From positions 1 through 64,000 of the forward strand of contig CAVYSE010000002.1 of NCBI GenBank assembly GCA_963771075.1: 64,000 nucleotides of DNA. The letters are read 5' to 3'. The translations under genes were made by a program, and so were the position numbers. This DNA is from a candidate division FCPU426 bacterium. Lineage in GTDB: Bacteria; Oederibacteriota; Muellerivitia; Muellerivitales; Muellerivitaceae. This document shows, piece after piece, positions 58,087 through 64,000 of this stretch (the stretch's first letter is position 1; each line of letters starts with the position of its first letter). The notes under the pieces are model-generated. The model did not search any database. It had not been told where the DNA came from and saw nothing but the letters and a program-made list of their open reading frames with translations.

Positions 58087-58524
58087 TCAATGCAATTCAC
58101 CGATTACAACTTCAACATCATCATTTTTCATATATCTAGTAAGGTATTGCCAACCACCGCCCAGGGGTTCTAATCCACTGGACAACCCGTAAGTATCAAG
58201 CCACCCACTTGAATCTTTTTCCCAAATATAACAATTGGATCTTCCATCGATTTTCACTTTGACTAAATCTTTAGAATTCTTTTTGAGCGTGTTTTTCAGA
58301 ACAAACGAATCTATTTCATTCAGTTCGAAATCGCTGTTCCCATTTAAATCCATTTGAAAATTAACATTCTTTGATAAGTTTAAAAATAAACTTTTTACAG
58401 TTTTTAACTGTTCCAAGTTCTCAATAACAATATTTATCTTTTCTTGTTTATCTGAACTTCTTCGAAGAATCTTAATACTCATTACGGCTCTCCAAACCAG
58501 ATCATTTTTAATGCCGCTCAACAC
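58087..58524 (-). CDS. Hypothetical protein (AT-rich module)
   Basis: ORF nearly fills the space between sites 4 and 5; start may be the ATG at 58482. Confidence 0.7.
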   Translation of the reverse strand: MLSGIKNDLVWRAVMSIKILRRSSDKQEKINIVIENLEQLKTVKSLFLNLSKNVNFQMDLNGNSDFELNEIDSFVLKNTLKKNSKDLVKVKIDGRSNCYIWEKDSSGWLDTYGLSSGLEPLGGGWQYLTRYMKNDDVEVVIGELH

Positions 58525-58545
58525 CTAGTCGAACTGGGATTACCT

Positions 58546-58573
58546 TGTTCACGATGGGTCCCCGTAGTGGACA
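58546..58573 (+). repeat. 28-bp array site 5
   Basis: TGTTCACGATG GGTCCC CGTAGTGGACA. Confidence 0.92.
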
Positions 58574-58592
58574 GGCAACTTTCATCACAGGT

Positions 58593-58826
58593 TTATAAAT
58601 GAACCCCCCAGAGGTGCGCGTAATAAAACATGAGTAAGAGTATCAAAGCGGCGCAAAAATACAAAATAACCATCACCCAAAAGGCCATTACATCTTTATC
58701 CTTCAAGATTGCCGAACCTGTATAGCCCATTAAAGTCGGAGCCTTACCAGTCATTAAAGAGAAAATAATTAAAAAAACGAAAAGTAATCCCCCGAAAAGA
58801 AAAAACCAAGGATTAAGTCGATGCAT
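58593..58826 (-). CDS. Small 2-TM membrane protein
   Basis: 77 aa, AAGGA RBS, fills the space between sites 5 and 6. Confidence 0.7.
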   Translation of the reverse strand: MHRLNPWFFLFGGLLFVFLIIFSLMTGKAPTLMGYTGSAILKDKDVMAFWVMVILYFCAALILLLMFYYAHLWGVHL

Positions 58827-58871
58827 TAATAGTTTCCTTTATTCAACAATGAACTTCAGGGGTTCTTTTTC

Positions 58872-58899
58872 TGTCCACGAAGGCTCCCGGTCGTAGAGA
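58872..58899 (+). repeat. 28-bp array site 6 (degenerate)
   Basis: TGTCCACGAAG GCTCCC GGTCGTAGAGA. Confidence 0.7.
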
Positions 58900-58958
58900 A
58901 GTCTAATGAACAAACTCTTGGGATTTACAATTGCTTTAACGCCTGGGGTTTTTCCATT

Positions 58959-60239
58959 TCAATGCAAAACGATGATTTTAAGGATTTTCACCGTCGAGTT
59001 ACTTCCGTCCACCGCCTTGACCCGAATGTAGTAAAGACCGTTAGAAAGTGTATTACCCGTCAGGCCGGTCAGATTCCAATGAACCGTAGCGTTTTCGTTA
59101 ATGGTTTGCGACCCACCCTCGATTTTACGGAAAGACACCGTGAAGACATCCCAGGCGAGGGCGGTACCAGGAGGGGCTTGCACGTCAAAGTTAACCCCTT
59201 CCGTGTTTTTAACGGGGTTGGGGTAAGGAAGGCCGATCAAAACGCTCGTGGCGTTGATGGTCGGGGTCATTTCCGGGGTAGAAGTGTTTGACGGCGTCGA
59301 GGTGGGTGTGCAGGTGTTTCCCATGGCGTCCATGCAGGGGACCTGGGTGTATACCGGAGTGGGGGTCACGGTGGGCGTGGGAGTCCCGGTGGGGCTGGGG
59401 GTGGGGGAGCAGGCGTTAACGGACACGGAAAAACTGTTGCTGGTGAAGGGTACGGCGCCGTTTTGGATCTCGATTCCGGCCTCCACCGCGTAGAGGTACC
59501 AGGAGGGTTGGATGTAACCCCGTGATATGGCGTCCCCGATGAAGGCTTTGATGTCCAGGCCGGTCACGGAGGTCGTTTGGGCGTTGGAAAGGTAACCGAT
59601 ATAGTTCCAGGTGACGCTTCCGGAACCCTGGTTCCACTGCCAGACTTCCCAAGGCATGCCGCTGATCGTGGCGGAGCCCTGGTCGTATTCCCATCCGTGG
59701 GAGGTGTATTTGAGCCAGATCATCATTTCCGCGCCGCCGCTGAACCCGGCGGCCCCGCAAGTGTTGTCCGGGCAGAACCAAATGTCGTAGGCCACGTCCC
59801 AGACCCCGGTTTGGGAAACCGAGAAGTTCCAGTCGCTGGTCACGCAGGTCAGGGTGCTGATTGCGGCCGGAAGGGCGCAGGGCGGGGGGCTGGAACCGCC
59901 GAAGGCGCTTCCGTACATGATGTCCGGATAGGAACCCACCGTGTTGGCGCCGCAGGTGGGCCCCTGGGTCACGCTGAAGGCCCCCGTCGTTGTGTCGATA
60001 TTCATACATTGGGTGCCGGGGCAGCTGCCATTATTCCAATAATCGGTCTGCACCATATAGGGCCCCATACTAATGGGTACACTCTGGAAGAGCGCACAGG
60101 TGTTGACGATGACATCCCCTTCCACGGGACGGGTGCCCCCCCATAGGGCAATGGCCATCAAGGCAGAGAGATATAAGAACGGTTTGGGGGAGAAAAGGAA
60201 TTTTGGCCGTCTCAAAGCGTGATTATATCCAAAAAACAT
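58959..60239 (-). CDS. GH12 endoglucanase/xyloglucanase with PT linker and FlgD/T9SS-CTD-like C-terminus
   Basis: SYPDIMYG, WDVAYDIW, GAEMMIWL, AVEAGIEI; TPTPSPTGTPTP linker; PYPNPVK...SNGLYYIRV. Confidence 0.88.
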   Translation of the reverse strand: MFFGYNHALRRPKFLFSPKPFLYLSALMAIALWGGTRPVEGDVIVNTCALFQSVPISMGPYMVQTDYWNNGSCPGTQCMNIDTTTGAFSVTQGPTCGANTVGSYPDIMYGSAFGGSSPPPCALPAAISTLTCVTSDWNFSVSQTGVWDVAYDIWFCPDNTCGAAGFSGGAEMMIWLKYTSHGWEYDQGSATISGMPWEVWQWNQGSGSVTWNYIGYLSNAQTTSVTGLDIKAFIGDAISRGYIQPSWYLYAVEAGIEIQNGAVPFTSNSFSVSVNACSPTPSPTGTPTPTVTPTPVYTQVPCMDAMGNTCTPTSTPSNTSTPEMTPTINATSVLIGLPYPNPVKNTEGVNFDVQAPPGTALAWDVFTVSFRKIEGGSQTINENATVHWNLTGLTGNTLSNGLYYIRVKAVDGSNSTVKILKIIVLH

Positions 60240-60348
60240 TCATGCGCCTCTCGGGCACCCGAATTCATAAACGGGTTTTTCGCCGGGTTCCGTGATGCCC
60301 TATCTTTAAGTATCCCATTGGGAATATTAAAAAACATATATTTTTACT

Positions 60349-60376
60349 TGTCTTATTCGGGTCCCCAACGAGGACA
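60349..60376 (+). repeat. 28-bp array site 7 (divergent arms, intact core)
   Basis: TGTCTTATTCG GGTCCC CAACGAGGACA. Confidence 0.7.
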
Positions 60377-60471
60377 GCTCTAATTCCCTTTCATTGGCTC
60401 AAAGTGAATTTCGTCCTCAAGAAGAATCTTCACACAAATGGAGAATGTATCGCTTTCGGCATCCTGCTGGT

Positions 60472-60858
60472 TCACCAGATCACTTTCAGTCCATGGAATG
60501 CGCGGATACGTTTGTCCTTGCTGAGAATAGGGCACCCATACTCTTTGGCAGTGGCCACGAGGATACGATCCGCGGGATCTCCGTGAAATTCACCCTCTAA
60601 CCGGGTGCTCTTCACGGCGATAGCAGGCGATAATGGGATCAATTGGATTTTTGGGAGCTTTAAAGCTTGGTCCACCCATACCTCAACATCCCGATCAAGT
60701 TCTAAGCGCTTTTTCGCCACCAACATGCCTACTTCCCAACAGCTAATGGCATTAACGTAAATGCTGTCGGTAGCGCGAATGGCTTTGGAAGCCTTGGAGG
60801 AGAGTTGGGGAGAGCCCGTTGCCCACCAAATCCAGGCGTGTGTGTCGAGAAGAATCAC
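60472..60858 (-). CDS. vapC: VapC (PIN) toxin
   Basis: ILLDTHAWIWW, AISCWEV, HGDPADRILVATA, SKD; GTG start overlaps the antitoxin stop. Confidence 0.92.
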   Translation of the reverse strand: MILLDTHAWIWWATGSPQLSSKASKAIRATDSIYVNAISCWEVGMLVAKKRLELDRDVEVWVDQALKLPKIQLIPLSPAIAVKSTRLEGEFHGDPADRILVATAKEYGCPILSKDKRIRAFHGLKVIW

Positions 60859-61082
60859 TGACCCGCTTCCCAAACGTCCTCAATTGGCGAAAGAATGTCC
60901 TTTTCACTCAAGACGCTTCCGTGAAGCGAAGTACCGTGTTTGCCTTTCTCCTTCAAAACCGGGCCGATTTTAGCCACTGGAATTCCCCGTTTGGTCACTA
61001 CGATAGTCTCGTGGGCTCTGCTCACTTCATCCAGTAGCGACAGGCATTTGGCCTTGAATTCACCGGCGGCGATGGTTTTCAT
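60855..61082 (-). CDS. Phd/YefM antitoxin
   Basis: MKTIAAGEFKAKCLSLLDEV...VVTKRGIPVAK. Confidence 0.92.
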   Translation of the reverse strand: MKTIAAGEFKAKCLSLLDEVSRAHETIVVTKRGIPVAKIGPVLKEKGKHGTSLHGSVLSEKDILSPIEDVWEAGQ

Positions 61083-61240
61083 AAAATCTCCTTTGTGACC
61101 ACTTATCATGGTCATGTTCCCACGGGAGAAAGAAGAAGTCAAGCCGACCCCTATTCGCAATGCTTGGAGGCGCAATGGAACCGGATAGGGGGATATGGGG
61201 ACATAAAACGAAATAATTTGAAGGGAGCCCTAATTTCTTT

Positions 61241-61609
61241 TTAACGCGCCGTGCGGGTTTTAACGCCGAGTGAGCGGCTGACGGCCCATAAGGCCTTATC
61301 CCGAGTCCAAAATTCACATTGATTCGAGTAACAGGAAAACAATAAATGAGCGTCCACCCAATTAATGCCTTTACCGTTGAGGCGGTGCTTCTCAACCCAG
61401 TCCAAGACTTCCGGATTTAAAGCGGGATACAGGAGGGGCAGTAATTGGAGGTCATGCAGGAATTGGCTCCTGTTTTTTAAATGTCCCAGGGCCAGTTCCC
61501 CAATGATAAAGGGGTGGGTGAGGGCTTCATCCTTTTCCAAAAGGGAAATGAGAAACGCATTCGGGGAATGGAGGTGGTCGACCCACACCGAAGTGTCGAC
61601 CAGCATCAC
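61241..61609 (-). CDS. vapC: VapC (PIN) toxin
   Basis: LVDTSVWVDHL, HPFIIGELALG, GINWVDAHLL, WTRDK. Confidence 0.92.
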   Translation of the reverse strand: MMLVDTSVWVDHLHSPNAFLISLLEKDEALTHPFIIGELALGHLKNRSQFLHDLQLLPLLYPALNPEVLDWVEKHRLNGKGINWVDAHLLFSCYSNQCEFWTRDKALWAVSRSLGVKTRTAR

Positions 61610-61806
61610 GCTTTAGCGGCTCGCCGCCTGCGGGAAGGAGCGGAAGCGCGGGGATCGGTCCCCCCCATGGCCGCAAGCCGCTTGGCGGCTTCCCGGCGGA
61701 TGAGGGATTCAAGACCCATCCGGACAAGGGAGGTCTTTTCGGATACTCCCGTCATTTGACCGGCTTTTTTAATTAGCTGGTCATCGATGTTCAAGGTTGT
61801 TCTCAT
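61606..61806 (-). CDS. vapB: VapB (DUF2191-like) antitoxin
   Basis: MRTTLNIDDQLI...EKTSLVRMGLESLIRREAAKRLAAMGG. Confidence 0.92.
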   Translation of the reverse strand: MRTTLNIDDQLIKKAGQMTGVSEKTSLVRMGLESLIRREAAKRLAAMGGTDPRASAPSRRRRAAKA

Positions 61807-62009
61807 ATGCATCAATATGCCGTTTTGATATGCATCTGTCAAGGAGCGATTCCGGGGATCTTAAAAGCGATCAATTGGAACCGACTCGGGAAAAATCTTC
61901 TCAAATGCCGGAATGGAAGTTCAAGGATTTCATCGATAACTGCTCGCTGAAGAGAATTAAATACCCGGTGTGGAAAAGAATTACAAAATCATGTTAGGCC
62001 ACTTACAGT

Positions 62010-62037
62010 TGTTCACCCCGGGTCCCCGTCGTTGACA
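62010..62037 (+). repeat. 28-bp array site 8 (rightmost)
   Basis: TGTTCACCCCG GGTCCC CGTCGTTGACA. Confidence 0.8.
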
Positions 62038-62098
62038 ACAAAAGTGTTTCCAACAGGTTCAAGACATCCATCTATTCCCCATTAGCCATTTCAAGATT

Positions 62099-62134
62099 AA
62101 AAGCCCGGTCTTTGTTCAGGCGACCGGGCTTTTT
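62099..62134. terminator. Bidirectional terminator downstream of the SPFH gene
   Basis: AAAAGCCCGGTC...GACCGGGCTTTTT. Confidence 0.8.
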
Positions 62135-62179
62135 GAATTACAGGAATCCGGGCAAACTACCGTTAAAACCGGGGATGAA

Positions 62180-64000
62180 TTAATTGGGTTTCTTTTTTTC
62201 TCCGAGATATTTCATGAGGGTGGCCGCAAGGCCCTCGACACCGCCCCCATTTCCACCGGTCACCAAAATATCCGGAACGACTTTGATATTCTTTTCCGCC
62301 AAAGCCTTTACGATATTCACGATGGCCGTGGGGGTCTGCCCGAAGGCGTCCACCTGGGCCTTAAACGCCTTGGCGTTGGCCATACCGACCGCCTCAATCT
62401 CGGCGCCCTTGGCCGTACCTGTTTGTTGGATGTAAGAGGCTTCCCCGCGCCCTTCGGCGTCACGGGCATTCGCGTTGTTGGTTTTGATGTCGATGCCCAC
62501 TTGCGATTTGGCCAATTCAGCCTGCATATCCGCCGTCCCCTTGGCCTTTTCGGTTTTGATCCTTTCCTCCTGTGCCTCGCGCTGCATGGAAAATGTGGTC
62601 TTTTCCTGGTTGGCGATCTCACGGGTGGTGAGCACCTTGACCAGGTCGCCGGGCAGAACCACGTCCTGGATATAAACGCCTTTAGTCTCGATCTTATAGT
62701 CCTTCAACTTGGCCTCGATATGGGCAAAGGCCTCCTCTTGCACCCCTTGGCGGGTTTCAATGAAGCGAATGGCGGGCATGCTTTGGATCTTGTCGCGGAA
62801 ATGGTTGCCGACCGCCGCCTGCAAGACCTCATTCACCAGGTTCTTCATGCTTCCCACGATGGAAATGACCATCGGCGCCTGGGTATCCGCCACGTGGATC
62901 TGCACCTGCAGGTCGATGGAAAAGACGAACCCTTCCCGGCTCTTGGCCACGATAGCCTTGAGGAACTGGTCCAGCTTGTGGGCCTCGGAGACCGCATCGG
63001 CCCAATTCAGGTTCAGGATATAGGTCGGGACGATCTCGGCCTGATAACAGTGGGGGTTGATGGGGTACTTGCCCGTGCGCAAGGGTTCTTCCCAGATACC
63101 GCGGTGCCCAGGCCGCACCAAGGTGCCAAACTTGAATTCCACCCCCGAGGTGTCCTCGGAGAAAAGCCCGACGTAGGACTTGATGACCGCAACCTCGCCC
63201 TGTTCCACCACCAGCATGGGCACCAAGTTGACCGACACCAGGAAGGGGTTCAGGTTGTAGGCCCCATATAGCAGGGGGTCATGCTGAAGACCGATCTTGC
63301 CGCCGTTGTCCAGGAAAGCCTGGAAATCCTGGTAGTTGTTGTGCAGGCCGTTCTTGGTACCAAGGTTAGCCTCCACCAGTTCGGCGTTCTTGGAACCGCC
63401 CTTTTCCAGCTTCTGCAGGTCGTCGAAATCCCCCAGCCGCCCCGCGATACTGCCCGGAGGCAGGGGCCCTCCCTCGTAAGTGGTGACCACGCCCACCACG
63501 TCGATGAGCTTCCCATCCTGGGTGGGCAGTGGCTCGATGCGGATGACGTTGAGCTTCTGGGGGTCCAGGCCGAAGGGCCGGTTTTTGCCGTCCGCGCCTT
63601 CCTGGATGCTCGAATGGTCGGGCATGATGGGGATGCCGTAGGTCTTGTCCTTCGTGATGACCACGAAGGCGACGGGATGCAGTGGCAAAAGGGTGCCCGG
63701 GGGCAGGACGGGCCTTTGGATGCCTTTTTGTCCGCCCGCCGTGATAAAGGTCTCCAGGTCGGTGAAATGGCCGAATTCCTTTTTGTAAACAGCCGATTTG
63801 GCCCCCACGGGAATAGCCTCACCCACTTGGGCGAAAACCACACCGATCTGTCCCGCGGGAATCTGGACCCACGGGAATTTCCGCACGCTGTAAAGGACCC
63901 AGAACTTGAGACGGATACCTGGCATGAGCATTTGGGCCTGGAATCCCGCCTCACCCTTGAAGGCGATGGGATTGTCACCCTTGAGTTTCGCGAAGGAGAA
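62180..64000 (-). CDS. SPFH/band 7 (flotillin-like) protein; start lies beyond the window end
   Basis: GQKGIQRPVLPPG, GKYPINP, SREGFVFSIDL, VYIQDV, coiled-coil tail; frame stays open to position 64000. Confidence 0.88.
   Translation of the reverse strand, partial: FSFAKLKGDNPIAFKGEAGFQAQMLMPGIRLKFWVLYSVRKFPWVQIPAGQIGVVFAQVGEAIPVGAKSAVYKKEFGHFTDLETFITAGGQKGIQRPVLPPGTLLPLHPVAFVVITKDKTYGIPIMPDHSSIQEGADGKNRPFGLDPQKLNVIRIEPLPTQDGKLIDVVGVVTTYEGGPLPPGSIAGRLGDFDDLQKLEKGGSKNAELVEANLGTKNGLHNNYQDFQAFLDNGGKIGLQHDPLLYGAYNLNPFLVSVNLVPMLVVEQGEVAVIKSYVGLFSEDTSGVEFKFGTLVRPGHRGIWEEPLRTGKYPINPHCYQAEIVPTYILNLNWADAVSEAHKLDQFLKAIVAKSREGFVFSIDLQVQIHVADTQAPMVISIVGSMKNLVNEVLQAAVGNHFRDKIQSMPAIRFIETRQGVQEEAFAHIEAKLKDYKIETKGVYIQDVVLPGDLVKVLTTREIANQEKTTFSMQREAQEERIKTEKAKGTADMQAELAKSQVGIDIKTNNANARDAEGRGEASYIQQTGTAKGAEIEAVGMANAKAFKAQVDAFGQTPTAIVNIVKALAEKNIKVVPDILVTGGNGGGVEGLAATLMKYLGEKKKPN

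Noticed and set aside
60240..60305. Riboswitch upstream of GH12 (GGGCA...TGCCC stem)
   Set aside because: A hairpin is plausible but I could not match a known aptamer; an Rfam cmscan would be needed.
61176..61240. Ninth array site between the two vapBC pairs
   Set aside because: Only a partial GGGGACA match, with no GGTCCC core or paired arms.
54784..62037. CRISPR array (palindromic ~28-bp repeats)
   Set aside because: Spacing is 0.3-1.7 kb and irregular, the intervals hold whole genes, and there are no cas genes.
54784..62037. Classical integron attC sites
   Set aside because: Sites are only 28 bp, lack RYYYAAC/GTTRRRY cores and extrahelical-base geometry, and no intI is present.
54784..62037. 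Simple Rho-independent terminators
   Set aside because: No consistent U-tract; the loop/core is more conserved than the stem; several arms pair poorly (sites 6-8).

Overview
Bacterial chromosomal window, about 55-60% GC by eye, with most genes on the minus strand. It has four parts. (1) 1-17720: a genomic island/mobilisable element abutting the 3' end of tRNA-Asp(GTC). It carries a VirD4/TraD-like coupling protein, a replication-relaxation protein, a low-GC PHP-ATPase plus TIGR02391-like pair, umuDC, two DUF6088/AbiEii type IV TA modules, an ardC/radC leading-region cluster and a structured ~2 kb non-coding block. (2) 17934-46000: mostly core genes (giant HicB-like/beta-propeller/Ig-repeat protein, IS30, Mrr-domain protein, mutS, a miaB-TPR-SPOR fusion, adenylate cyclase, scpAB, trpS, CCA enzyme, yraN, rnhB, rplS-trmD-rimM-khpA-rpsP). 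(3) 46000-52780: pfpI, an inverted-repeat-flanked RAYT-type Y1 transposase, fabF and a PP-loop ATPase. (4) 52800-62040, the most novel part: an integron-like array of seven co-oriented modules (three TA systems, GH12, small membrane/secreted ORFs). The modules are separated by eight directly repeated 28-bp sites, consensus TGTYCACGATG-GGTCCC-CGTCGTGGACA, with an 11-6-11 dif/lox-like architecture that is not attC, and no recombinase is adjacent. Two of these sites are occupied at the same position by group II introns, one RT-encoding and one ORF-less, whose domain I carries a heptamer complementary to the site arm. Several frameshifts lie in homopolymers and may be long-read errors. All family assignments are by motif recognition; no database searches were run.
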